In this document: in pieces, positions 34,523 to 44,051 of the stretch
How the letters are laid out: every line of letters starts with the position of its first letter
Position numbering within the stretch: the stretch's first letter is position 1
Assembly (NCBI GenBank): GCA_041651535.1
Contig: JBAZIZ010000002.1
Coordinates: 82,059 to 146,058 of the forward strand
Direction: 5' to 3'
DNA length: 64,000 nt
Origin: Patescibacteria group bacterium
GTDB taxonomy: Bacteria > Patescibacteriota > Patescibacteriia > Magasanikbacterales > UBA922
The notes under the pieces: model-generated
Database searches by the model: none
Told to the model about the DNA's origin: nothing
What the model saw: the letters and a program-made list of their open reading frames with translations, nothing else
Translations under genes and position numbers: made by a program

Positions 34523-36958
34523 TTATTTTCTAAGTTCAGCCCCAAATTTATTTTTTAATTCTTGACAAATTTTTTCAAAAATTTTATCAACTTCGTTAGT
34601 TTCTAATGTTTTTTCTTTAGAAGAAAATATAATATGATAAGCCAAACTTTTTTTATCAGCTGAAATCTTTTCACCTTCATAAACATCAAACAATTCTACA
34701 TTTTTTATTAAAAAATCTTGTGCTAAAATTGTTTGTAAAATATCTTTATGTTTTATATCTTTAGAAACTGTAAATGCTAAATCTCGTAAAACTGGTGGAA
34801 AAATTGACAGAGTATTATAATTATTTTTTTCCGAAAACTCTTCAACAATTTTATTTAAATTTATTTCTAATAAAGCAACTTTGTAATTTAAACCAAAATC
34901 TTTTTGTGTTTGTGGATGAAGTTCAGCGATAAAACCAATTTTTTCTTTTTCTAAACTAATAACTCCAGCTCGATTTGGATGAATAAATTTTTCTGTAAAA
35001 ATATCATTTTCAATTTCTGCTTTTAAACCTAATTCTTTAAACAAAAAATTTAAAACATTAGCTAATTCAAAAAAAGGTTTCTCATCATTTTTATTCATGT
35101 AAACAATACTAAGTAAATTGTCTTGTCGTGGCAAAAGTTCATCGCTTTGTGGTTCCATCCTCTCCCCTGGTTCTTCTTTTTTAAAAACTTTTCCAATTTC
35201 AAAAAAAGCTAATTCATCATAATCATGAGAATTTTTTTCTAAATTTGTTAATAAAGAACCAAGCAGATCACGACGTAAAAAAGGTTCATCTTTAGCAATT
35301 GGATTATCCAATTCAACAAAATCATCTTTTTCTGAACCCATTTTTTCAATTAATTTTGGTGAGATAAAAGAATAATTTAAATTTTCTGTAAAACCAAATT
35401 TCCAAGCCAAAATATCTTTAATTTTTCTTTCTAATTTTCGTAAACGATTTTCTTGCGGTGGAATAATCGGAAAATTTGGTAATACTTTTTTAAAATTATC
35501 ATAACCATAAATTCTAGCAACTTCTTCAACTATATCTTCTTTGATAGAAATATCTTTAGTTGCTCGCCAGCTTGGAATCTCTACAGATAGAATATCTTTT
35601 TTTTCTTTTACAACAAAACCAAGCGAATCCAAAATTTTTAGTACTTGTTTTTTATCCATTTCTTCACCCATTTTTTCAAATAAAAATTCATAAGAAATTT
35701 CTATTGGCCCTTTATTTACTGCAAAATTATTAATATCAACAACATTAGAAACAACTTTGGCTTTTGGACAAGATTTTAAAATTAATTCCACAGCTTTTTT
35801 CAAAGCTAATTCTGCTAAATTTGGATCCAAAGATTTTTCAAATCTAGCTGAAGAATCAGTTCTAATTCCTAATTTAAGAGCAGTTTTTCGAACTCCACTT
35901 GGTTCAAAATTTGCTGATTCAAAAATTATAGTTTTAGTCTCATTTTTTATTTCACTATTTAGTCCACCCATAACTCCAGCAATAGCAATCGCCTTTTCAG
36001 TATCGGCAATCACTAAATTATCTGAGTTCAAATTGTGTTCTTTTCCATCTAAAGTAAAAAATTTTTCATTTTCTTTTGCTGATCTAACTATGATTTTATT
36101 TGTCGCCAAATTATTTTTATCAAAAGCGTGAAGCGGTTGTCCTAAATCAAGCATAACATAATTTGTAATATCAACTATATTATTTATTGGTCTAAGTCCA
36201 GCAGCTAATAATCTTTCTTGAATTTCGCTAGTAGATTCTTTTACTTCAACATTGTCAATCATAACTGCCATATATCTTGGGCATAATTTTGTTTCTTTTA
36301 CTTCCACTTCTATTTTTTCTTTTTCTTCACTTTTTATTTCTTTTACTAAATATTCTTTTAATTTTTTATTATAAACAGCAGTAATTTCTCTAGCCATACC
36401 ATAATGTCCCCACAAATCAGGTCTATGAGTCATTGATTTATTATCAATATCAAAAATAATATCATCCAAACCTAAAGCTGTAGCTAAATTTGTACCAGCT
36501 AAAGATTTTAAATGTGTTAGATCAAGAATTTCAGTCTCGCCTTGATTAAACATATTTTCTAATCCAAGTTCTGAAGCAGCACAAATCATTCCAAAAGACT
36601 CAACACCACGAATTTTTGCTTCTTTCATTTCTACCAAATCTCCTTCTCCATGCCAACGCACTTTGGAGCCAATTTTTGCCACAGCAACTTTCATTTTTTC
36701 TTTTAAATTTGTGCCACCACAAACTATTTGTACAGTTTTTTCTCCCAAATCTACTTGAGCAATTTTTAATTTATCAGCATCAGGATGTTTTTCAACTTTT
36801 TTAACCACACCGACAACTATATTTTCTAAATTTTTTCCTTGTTTAAAAATTTCTTCCACTTCTACAATTGCCATTGTCATTTTTAAAGCAATTTCTTCAG
36901 CAGTTAAAGAATCCGGTAAATTTATATATTGTTTTAACCATTTGTAAGATATTTTCAT
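34523..36958 (-). CDS. pheT: Phenylalanine--tRNA ligase beta subunit
   Basis: 811 aa; N-terminal 'MKISYKWLKQYINLP' tRNA-binding domain, B3/4 and B5 regions, C-terminal FDX-ACB-like domain; immediately downstream of pheS. Confidence 0.9.
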   Translation of the reverse strand: MKISYKWLKQYINLPDSLTAEEIALKMTMAIVEVEEIFKQGKNLENIVVGVVKKVEKHPDADKLKIAQVDLGEKTVQIVCGGTNLKEKMKVAVAKIGSKVRWHGEGDLVEMKEAKIRGVESFGMICAASELGLENMFNQGETEILDLTHLKSLAGTNLATALGLDDIIFDIDNKSMTHRPDLWGHYGMAREITAVYNKKLKEYLVKEIKSEEKEKIEVEVKETKLCPRYMAVMIDNVEVKESTSEIQERLLAAGLRPINNIVDITNYVMLDLGQPLHAFDKNNLATNKIIVRSAKENEKFFTLDGKEHNLNSDNLVIADTEKAIAIAGVMGGLNSEIKNETKTIIFESANFEPSGVRKTALKLGIRTDSSARFEKSLDPNLAELALKKAVELILKSCPKAKVVSNVVDINNFAVNKGPIEISYEFLFEKMGEEMDKKQVLKILDSLGFVVKEKKDILSVEIPSWRATKDISIKEDIVEEVARIYGYDNFKKVLPNFPIIPPQENRLRKLERKIKDILAWKFGFTENLNYSFISPKLIEKMGSEKDDFVELDNPIAKDEPFLRRDLLGSLLTNLEKNSHDYDELAFFEIGKVFKKEEPGERMEPQSDELLPRQDNLLSIVYMNKNDEKPFFELANVLNFLFKELGLKAEIENDIFTEKFIHPNRAGVISLEKEKIGFIAELHPQTQKDFGLNYKVALLEINLNKIVEEFSEKNNYNTLSIFPPVLRDLAFTVSKDIKHKDILQTILAQDFLIKNVELFDVYEGEKISADKKSLAYHIIFSSKEKTLETNEVDKIFEKICQELKNKFGAELRK

Positions 36959-36995
36959 ATAATTTGATTAACTGTTTTTTCGTAAATTAATTCAA

Positions 36996-38027
36996 TTAAA
37001 ATTGTTCTAAAAATTTCATATTTCCTTCATGCAAATAACGTATATCTTCTATTCCATATTTTTGCATTACTAAACGCATTGAACCAAGACCAAAAGCAAA
37101 ACCTTGATATTCATTTGGATCAAGACCACCAGCTTTGATAACTTTTGGATGAATAAGACCGCAAGGTAAAGTTTCTATCCAACCACTGTGTTTACAAGCT
37201 CCGCAACCTTTACCACCACAAACTAAACATTTCATATCAAGTTCAAAACCAGGTTCCACAAAAGGAAAATAACCAGGTCTAAGTCTAACTTCAATTTCTC
37301 TTTTAAAAACTCCTTGCAAAAGTTCTTTCATAACAGCAATCACATTATCAATCGAAATTTTTTTATCAACTACCAAACCTTCCATTTGATAAAAAGTATG
37401 TTCATGGCAAGCATCAGTTGCTTCATTTCTAAAAACACGACCAGAACCAACAGCTCGAAGCGGAGCACCATATTTTTGCATTGCACGTACTTGCATTGAT
37501 GAAGTGTGAGTTCGCATTACCCAATCAGAATGATCTTTGATAAAAAAAGTATCATGTGAATCACGAGCTGGATGAGTTTTGGAAACATTTAAAGCTTCAA
37601 AATTATAATAATCACTTTCCAGTTCTGGACCATCCAAAATTATAAAACCCATTGAAGTAAAAAGATCTTCAAGTTCATTATGTAATAAAGTAACAGGATG
37701 AAGATGACCCGAACGACTATTACTTATTTTTGGCTGTGAAATATCTATTTTTTCTTTTGCAATAGAATCTTCCCAAAGAGTTTTTTCTAAATCCTGTTTT
37801 TTTTGTATATAAATATTTTCTAAATCATTTTTGATATCATTTGCCAAAGCACCGATTTCTCTTTTTTCAATTTCATTAAGATTTTTCAAATCTTTCATAA
37901 ACAAAGTCAAAATTCCAGATTTACGTGAAAAATATGTTTGATAAAATTCTTCCAATTCTACCAAATTTGAAATTACTTTTATTTTTTCTTTGTATTCTTT
38001 TTGAATTACTTGTAATTTTTCTTTCAT
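36996..38027 (-). CDS. pheS: Phenylalanine--tRNA ligase alpha subunit
   Basis: 343 aa; class II motifs 'FRNE', 'PGYFPFVEPGFELD', 'GFAFGLGSMRLVM'. Confidence 0.9.
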   Translation of the reverse strand: MKEKLQVIQKEYKEKIKVISNLVELEEFYQTYFSRKSGILTLFMKDLKNLNEIEKREIGALANDIKNDLENIYIQKKQDLEKTLWEDSIAKEKIDISQPKISNSRSGHLHPVTLLHNELEDLFTSMGFIILDGPELESDYYNFEALNVSKTHPARDSHDTFFIKDHSDWVMRTHTSSMQVRAMQKYGAPLRAVGSGRVFRNEATDACHEHTFYQMEGLVVDKKISIDNVIAVMKELLQGVFKREIEVRLRPGYFPFVEPGFELDMKCLVCGGKGCGACKHSGWIETLPCGLIHPKVIKAGGLDPNEYQGFAFGLGSMRLVMQKYGIEDIRYLHEGNMKFLEQF

Positions 38028-38035
38028 ATAAATAT

Positions 38036-39247
38036 TTATCTAATTAAATTTAAAATATCACGCCAAGTGACAAGCACAATCAAAGCCATCAAAAGTATAA
38101 AACCTATTGTATGGGCAAAATTTTCATATTTTTGTTTTACTGGACTACCTTTTATTTTTCCAATCAAAATAAACAAAATACGTCCACCGTCAAGAGCTGG
38201 AATTGGTAAAATATTTATTGCTGCTAAACTAAGCGATAACATGGCGATTAAGTTTAAAATATAATTAAAACCAAGTTTAGCACTTTCACCAACTAAATTT
38301 ACTATACCAACTGGACCAGAAACATCAAAAATTAAACCCTGACCTAAAATCAAATTTTTTAATAAAAGATAAAATGAAATAAAAATATTTACAAAACCAA
38401 TAATCGCAGCTAGAAAACCTTTATAAAAAGCAATATACCAAGGATAACGTACTATTCCAGCATCAGCAATCATGACTCCAATCAAATAACGATTTTCATT
38501 TTTTTCTGGAATAATCTTAAAATTTATTTTTTCATTATTTCGTAAAACTATCATTTCCATTTCTTTATCTTGATTAGCAGTAATAAAAGCATTTAATTCT
38601 AAAGTATTTTTTATGGCAGTTTCATTTAAAAATAAAATTTTATCACCATAACTTAGACCAACTTTTTCGGCTGGACTATTTTTTACAATTTGTTCAATAA
38701 TTACACTTGGTTCTTCAATTACAATTGCTTTTTCATCAACACCACCAGAAAAATCAGCTGGCAAACCTACCATCAAACCAAAACCTAAAACTAAAGACGC
38801 TAAAATAAAATTCATAAAAACTCCAGCTGACAAAACAACTATTTTTTGCCAAGATTTTTTTGCTGAAAAACTATCTTGAACACAATTTTCAATTGAATCA
38901 GATCCATCTTGGGTGGATTCATCTCCATTTTCACCTTTTATTTGGCAGAAACCACCAAGCGGTAATAAATTTAAAGAATATAAAGTTGCGGGAAATTCAT
39001 TTTTTTCAATTAAATCATTTTTGTCTTGTCCAGAAACAGTATTTTTTAAACTACTTTTGCCTTTTCCCCAAACAAAAACTTTTTTTCCTGTTTTTGGATC
39101 ATGATAAAAACCACACAAACGTGGTGGAAAACCTATCCCAAATTCATGAACTTTCATCCCAAAAAAACGCGCAGTAAAAAAATGGCCCCATTCATGAGCT
39201 AAAACTAAAATTGCCAAAATAAGCAAAAATAATAAAATTGTCGTCAT
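38036..39247 (-). CDS. rseP: RIP metalloprotease RseP/site-2 protease (M50) with PDZ domain
   Basis: HEWGHFF HExxH motif in TM1, PDZ-like 'KNSPAEKVGLSYGDKILFLNETAI', C-terminal 'LNLIAMLSLSLAAINILPIPALDGG' LDG motif. Confidence 0.85.
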   Translation of the reverse strand: MTTILLFLLILAILVLAHEWGHFFTARFFGMKVHEFGIGFPPRLCGFYHDPKTGKKVFVWGKGKSSLKNTVSGQDKNDLIEKNEFPATLYSLNLLPLGGFCQIKGENGDESTQDGSDSIENCVQDSFSAKKSWQKIVVLSAGVFMNFILASLVLGFGLMVGLPADFSGGVDEKAIVIEEPSVIIEQIVKNSPAEKVGLSYGDKILFLNETAIKNTLELNAFITANQDKEMEMIVLRNNEKINFKIIPEKNENRYLIGVMIADAGIVRYPWYIAFYKGFLAAIIGFVNIFISFYLLLKNLILGQGLIFDVSGPVGIVNLVGESAKLGFNYILNLIAMLSLSLAAINILPIPALDGGRILFILIGKIKGSPVKQKYENFAHTIGFILLMALIVLVTWRDILNLIR

Positions 39248-39369
39248 AAATAAATTGACTTAAACGGACAAATAAACTAAAATAATAAGTGAATATATTA
39301 TCACACATTTTGATATTTTATTCAAGTTTAATTTTATTTTTTAATTATTAAATTTAAATTATTAAATAT

Positions 39370-39936
39370 ATGAAAGAATTTTTAATTTTTTTTGTGATTT
39401 TAACTGCTATTTTAGTAGTCTGGATTATCGCTTTATACAATACAATTGTGAGATTAAAAAATCGCACAAAAGAAGCTTGGAGTGATATTGAAGTCCAATT
39501 AAAAAGAAGACACGATTTAATTCCAAACTTGATAAATTCAGTCAAAGGTTATATGACCCACGAAAAAGAACTTTTAGAAAAAATAACTCTTGCTCGAGCT
39601 GGTGCTTTAAATTCCCAAAAAAATAATGATACTGCCCAGTTAGCAAAAATTGAAAATGACCTTACTGGCATGCTCGGAAAATTACAAATTGCGGTTGAAG
39701 CTTATCCTGATTTAAAAGCCAATACCAATGTTTCAAATCTTATGGACGAATTAGCTGATACTGAAAATAAAATTCAAGCTGCACGCCGATTTTATAATAC
39801 TATGGTTAGAGATTTTAAAACTAAAATTGAAACTTTCCCAAATAATTTAATTGCAGAAAAATTAAAAACAGAAAATTTTTCTTATTTTGAAATAGAAGAC
39901 AAAAAAGAAAAAGAAAATATCGAAGTAAAATTTTAA
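39370..39936 (+). CDS. lemA: LemA family protein
   Basis: N-terminal TM followed by 'YNTIVRLKNRTKEAWSDIEVQLKRRHDLIPNLI...' characteristic LemA core. Confidence 0.8.
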   Translation: MKEFLIFFVILTAILVVWIIALYNTIVRLKNRTKEAWSDIEVQLKRRHDLIPNLINSVKGYMTHEKELLEKITLARAGALNSQKNNDTAQLAKIENDLTGMLGKLQIAVEAYPDLKANTNVSNLMDELADTENKIQAARRFYNTMVRDFKTKIETFPNNLIAEKLKTENFSYFEIEDKKEKENIEVKF

Positions 39937-39945
39937 TTTACCAAA

Positions 39946-40818
39946 ATGTATAATCAAATAGAATCAAACAAAAGAAAAACAAATATTTTAATAATTATTT
40001 TTTGTCTATTTATTATTTCTGTAGCTTGGCTTTTAAATAATTATTTAAACTATGGTTATGAAATGGTAATTTTTGCTGTATTACTTTCCATTTTCATGTC
40101 AGTATTTAGTTATTTTGGTAGTGACAAAATTGCTTTAGCCAGTACTGGCGCTAAAAAAATTATCAAAGAAAATAATCCGCAAGTTTATCGTTTAGTGGAA
40201 AATTTATGTATTACTGCTGGTATTCCAACTCCTCAAATTTATATTATAAATTCTCCAGCTCTAAATGCTTTTGCAACTGGTCGCGACCCAAAACACGCTT
40301 CAATTGCTCTCACTAGCGGAATTATAAATGCTTTGGAAAATGAAGAATTAGAAGGCGTGATTGCTCATGAGCTTTCTCATATAAAAAATTATGATATTCG
40401 TTTGATGACTATTGTCGTGGTTTTAGTTGGGACTTTATCTCTTTTGGCTGATATGTTTTATAGAATAAAAATATTTGGTGGACGAGACAGCGAAAATAAA
40501 AATAATAATGCTTTTTTCTTAATTTTTAGTTTAATTTTACTTTTAATTTCACCTTTGGTAGCTAATTTGATTAAACTGGCAATTTCGCGAAAAAGAGAAT
40601 ATTTAGCTGATGCTGATGGAGCAATGCTCACTCGTTATCCAGAAGGTTTAGCTCGAGCTTTAGAAAAAATAAATTCTTCAAATCAAACATTAAAAACTGC
40701 TGATGCAGCAACTGCTCATTTATTTATTGCTAATCCTTTTAATAAAAAATCTTTTTTAAATTTATTTTCTACTCATCCACCGATTGATGACCGAATAAAA
40801 AAATTAAGAGGAATCTAA
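39946..40818 (+). CDS. htpX: Zinc metalloprotease HtpX (M48)
   Basis: 'VIAHELSHIKNYD' HExxH, TM topology and C-terminal 'ATAHLFIANPF...STHPPIDDRIKKL' typical of HtpX. Confidence 0.8.
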   Translation: MYNQIESNKRKTNILIIIFCLFIISVAWLLNNYLNYGYEMVIFAVLLSIFMSVFSYFGSDKIALASTGAKKIIKENNPQVYRLVENLCITAGIPTPQIYIINSPALNAFATGRDPKHASIALTSGIINALENEELEGVIAHELSHIKNYDIRLMTIVVVLVGTLSLLADMFYRIKIFGGRDSENKNNNAFFLIFSLILLLISPLVANLIKLAISRKREYLADADGAMLTRYPEGLARALEKINSSNQTLKTADAATAHLFIANPFNKKSFLNLFSTHPPIDDRIKKLRGI

Positions 40819-40855
40819 AATAAAAAATTTTTAATTTATTTTTAATTTATTAACT

Positions 40856-41197
40856 ATGTACAATATGTATAACATGGGATTTGGAACAGGAGTCGGCGCT
40901 GGTTTTTTTGCTGGTAGCCTACTTCTTTTTTTCATTTTTATGCTTTGGTCAATTTTCTGGAAAGCTATTGCTCTTTGGTTAGCTGCTAGAAATAATCACA
41001 AACCTTGGTTTATAATTTTAATGGTGATAAACACAGCTGGAATTTTAGAAATCGTTTATATTTTTGCGGTAGCTATGAAAAGAACTGGCGCAAAAAAAAA
41101 TTTAATTGACGAAATTGATAATTGTTGTAACACTTGTGAAACTAAATCTGAACAAAAAGAAAATAATTCAAAAAATGAAGAAACAGAAATTAAATAA
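40856..41197 (+). CDS. Small two-TM membrane protein (PLDc_N/DUF-like)
   Basis: 113 aa; 'LWSIFWKAIALWLAARNNHKPWFIILMVI' pattern reminiscent of PLD-nuclease N-terminal-type small membrane proteins; weak. Confidence 0.4.
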   Translation: MYNMYNMGFGTGVGAGFFAGSLLLFFIFMLWSIFWKAIALWLAARNNHKPWFIILMVINTAGILEIVYIFAVAMKRTGAKKNLIDEIDNCCNTCETKSEQKENNSKNEETEIK

Positions 41198-41220
41198 AAT
41201 TTTCGTCTACTGATTATTTT

Positions 41221-41673
41221 ATGAGAACGGAAAAATCTTGTGGAGCCATAATTTTTAAAAAAATAAAACCAATAAATTCTGAAAAAGAATCTTTGGTTTT
41301 TTTGATAGTTAGAGAAATTAAAAAACATGGTGGACATTGGAATTTTCCTAAAGGACATGTGGAAAAAGATGAAACCGAATTAGAGACAGCCAAAAGAGAA
41401 ATTATGGAAGAATTAAAAATGGAAATAGATATTATAGATGGTTTTCGTGAAGAAATAAAATATCGAGTAAAAATAAATAAAAGTGAAAAAACCGTTATTT
41501 ATTTTTTAGCAATTTCTAAATCAGAAAAAATAGAATTACAAAAATCTGAATTAGCTGATTTTGCTTGGTTAGAATATGAAGAATGTTTAAAAAAATTGAC
41601 TTTTGAAAATAGTCGCGATTTATGTCGTAAAGCTTATAATTTTTTGATTTTTGAATCTAGGTTTAAAAATTAA
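41221..41673 (+). CDS. NUDIX hydrolase
   Basis: Nudix box 'GGHWNFPKGHVEKDETELETAKREIMEELKMEI' (Gx5Ex7REUxEExGU). Confidence 0.8.
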   Translation: MRTEKSCGAIIFKKIKPINSEKESLVFLIVREIKKHGGHWNFPKGHVEKDETELETAKREIMEELKMEIDIIDGFREEIKYRVKINKSEKTVIYFLAISKSEKIELQKSELADFAWLEYEECLKKLTFENSRDLCRKAYNFLIFESRFKN

Positions 41674-41683
41674 ATATTATTTA

Positions 41684-41716
41684 AAAAACAGACCACTTGA
41701 AAAAGTGGTTTTTGTT
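41684..41716 (+). terminator. Terminator for NUDIX gene (ACCACTT-gaaaa-AGTGGT + T5)
   Basis: Hairpin plus T-run 12 nt after stop. Confidence 0.5.
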
Positions 41717-41734
41717 TTAAAATAAAATCAAAAT

Positions 41735-41757
41735 AAAAAAGGAAGCCTTAGGCTTCC
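41735..41757 (-). terminator. Terminator for ndk (GGAAGCC-tta-GGCTTCC + U6)
   Basis: Perfect 7-bp GC-rich palindrome with T6 on the minus strand, 27 nt after the ndk stop. Confidence 0.6.
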
Positions 41758-41783
41758 TAAAATAAAAAACAGTAAAAAATCAT

Positions 41784-42233
41784 TCATTCAACCCTGAAAT
41801 CAGGGCTGAATTGTTGAACAACAATTTCTTCTGGTGAAAACCAGAAAGAAATTTCTTCCATTGCATTCTCCAAACTGTCTGAAGAATGCACCACATTTTC
41901 AGCTTTATTATCAGCAAAAATGTATCTTATTGTTCCAGGTAAGGCTTCGGCTGGATCAGTTGCTCCATTTAATTGTCTGGCGATTGAAACAGCATTTTCT
42001 CCTTCGAGTACAATCAACACTGAAGGCCCAGAAGACATAGATTTTGTCAATTCAGGAAAAAATCTTCTTTCTTTGTGAACTTTGTAAAAAAGACCCGCCT
42101 TTTCAGACGTCATTTTTACAATTTTTATTCCCACAACTTTTAACCGAGCTAATTCATAAAAATGAATTATCTGTCCAATGAGACCAGCTTTTACCGCATT
42201 AGGCTTTATCATAACAAAAGTTCTGCTGATCAT
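41784..42233 (-). CDS. ndk: Nucleoside diphosphate kinase
   Basis: 'ERTFVMIKPNAV', 'NVVHSSDS' active-site His region. The longest ORF starts at 42248, but 'ATGGAGGAGGATAAAATG' places a GGAGG RBS inside it, so the likely start is the second ATG at 42233. Confidence 0.85.
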   Translation of the reverse strand: MISRTFVMIKPNAVKAGLIGQIIHFYELARLKVVGIKIVKMTSEKAGLFYKVHKERRFFPELTKSMSSGPSVLIVLEGENAVSIARQLNGATDPAEALPGTIRYIFADNKAENVVHSSDSLENAMEEISFWFSPEEIVVQQFSPDFRVE

Positions 42234-42575
42234 TTTATCCTCCTCCAAAAGAAATTAAAGAAAATGTAAAAATGGCAATTCCTGAAATCAGTAATACCAT
42301 AAGTATCACTGAACAAACAAGCCCTGTGTAAAACAAAAAGTCTGACATTTGTAGTTCCTCACAAACATTATTAAATAATATAAATTGTATTTTAAAGAGC
42401 CATTATTTTAATAAAAAAATAATAAATATTTATATCATAAAAAACATTTTTTGTCAATACAAAAATAAGTAAGCTGTTAAAAAATTTTAAAATTAAGACT
42501 TATAATTTAAAATTTTAAAAAAGCAGTTTTTTAAACTGCCTTATAAAATTAATTCAAAAATCTAAATTCAAAAAT

Positions 42576-43943
42576 CTAAATTTTTTTTATTATCTCACTT
42601 ATTTCCTCAACTTTTTCTCTCATCAACTCTTCGCTATTAGCTTCTAAATTTAGACGTATAACTGATTCAGTATTACTACAACGCACACTAAACCAAAAAT
42701 CTTTATAATTTATTAATATTCCATCAAGTTCATTTAGTTCACCGTCACTGTATTTATTTTTAATTTTTTCCATAACCTCTTCTTTATTTTCAACCTCAAA
42801 ATTAATTTCTCCAGAATGATATTTTTCTTTGCCCATTTTTTCCCAAATTTCACTCATCTTTTTATTTTCTCGTGATAATAAATCAATTATATAAAGAAGA
42901 GATAAATCACCAGACTCAACATCATGTAAATCACGATAATAAAGGTGAAGAGAAAGTTCACTGGCAAAAATAGCATTATTTTCTTTCATCATTTTTTTGA
43001 TATTGCTGTGACCAACTGGACAAATATCAGTTTTTGCGCCAGCTTTTTCCCAAATTTCTTTTACAGCTCGACTGGTTCGTAAATCATAAAGCATAAGTCC
43101 TTTTTGTTTTCGCAAAACTTCAAGTCCAATTATAGCTCCAACAAAAGAAGCTGGAATAATTTGACCTTTTTCATCAACTAAACCAACTCGATCAGCATCA
43201 CCATCAAGAGCAAAACCAAAATCAGCTTTAACAGCTAAAACTTTTTCCTGTAAAGATTTTAAAGTTTCCGTTTTGAGTGGATTAGCCTCATGATTAGGAA
43301 AATTTCCATCTGGTTCTAAAAATAAATATTCAACATCAATATTAAAATCTTTTAAAATTTCTGGAAAAGTAGCTTTGGCCATACCATTGCCAGCATCAAT
43401 AACAATTTTCATTTTTTTAAAATTTTGAACATCAACTAAACTAAACAACTTACTTTTATAATCAATAAAAACATTTTTTTCAAAAACTTGGCCGATGTTT
43501 TCTGTTTTTTCAAAATTAAAATTTTTACACATCTCTTTTATTTCCATCAAACCATTGTCCCCAGCGATTGGTAATCCGTCCCCCATTGTTAATTTGAAAC
43601 CATTATATTCTGCCGGATTATGACTGGCTGTGATCATAATTCCGGCCACATGTTCAGCATAATTTACACAAGCAAAATTAAAAAGTGGTGTGGTTGCCAA
43701 ACCGATATCAACAACATCAATTCCTTGATCAATTATTCCAGCAATCAATTTTTCTTTGTATTTTAAACCTGATTCACGCATATCACGACCAATAACAATT
43801 TTTTTTCCATTCAAATCAATATTTTTCTTTTTTAAAAAATTAACAAAAGAAGCTCCAAGTAAATAAGCAAATTCAATCGATAATTCATCTTTTATCAAAC
43901 CACGAATATCATAGGCTCGAAAAATTTTTTCTGAAAAAGACAT
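42576..43943 (-). CDS. Phosphomannomutase/phosphoglucomutase (alpha-D-phosphohexomutase family)
   Basis: Active-site 'GIMITASHNPAEYNGFK', N-terminal 'FRAYDIRG', Mg-binding 'DGDADR'. Confidence 0.85.
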   Translation of the reverse strand: MSFSEKIFRAYDIRGLIKDELSIEFAYLLGASFVNFLKKKNIDLNGKKIVIGRDMRESGLKYKEKLIAGIIDQGIDVVDIGLATTPLFNFACVNYAEHVAGIMITASHNPAEYNGFKLTMGDGLPIAGDNGLMEIKEMCKNFNFEKTENIGQVFEKNVFIDYKSKLFSLVDVQNFKKMKIVIDAGNGMAKATFPEILKDFNIDVEYLFLEPDGNFPNHEANPLKTETLKSLQEKVLAVKADFGFALDGDADRVGLVDEKGQIIPASFVGAIIGLEVLRKQKGLMLYDLRTSRAVKEIWEKAGAKTDICPVGHSNIKKMMKENNAIFASELSLHLYYRDLHDVESGDLSLLYIIDLLSRENKKMSEIWEKMGKEKYHSGEINFEVENKEEVMEKIKNKYSDGELNELDGILINYKDFWFSVRCSNTESVIRLNLEANSEELMREKVEEISEIIKKI

Positions 43944-44051
43944 ATAATTTTATTTTAATTTAACATTGTATTTTTTGTGTAATTATTATATAATAACAAT
44001 AGATTTTAATAAAGTAAATACATAACAATTTTACCAAATTTTTTTGTATAT

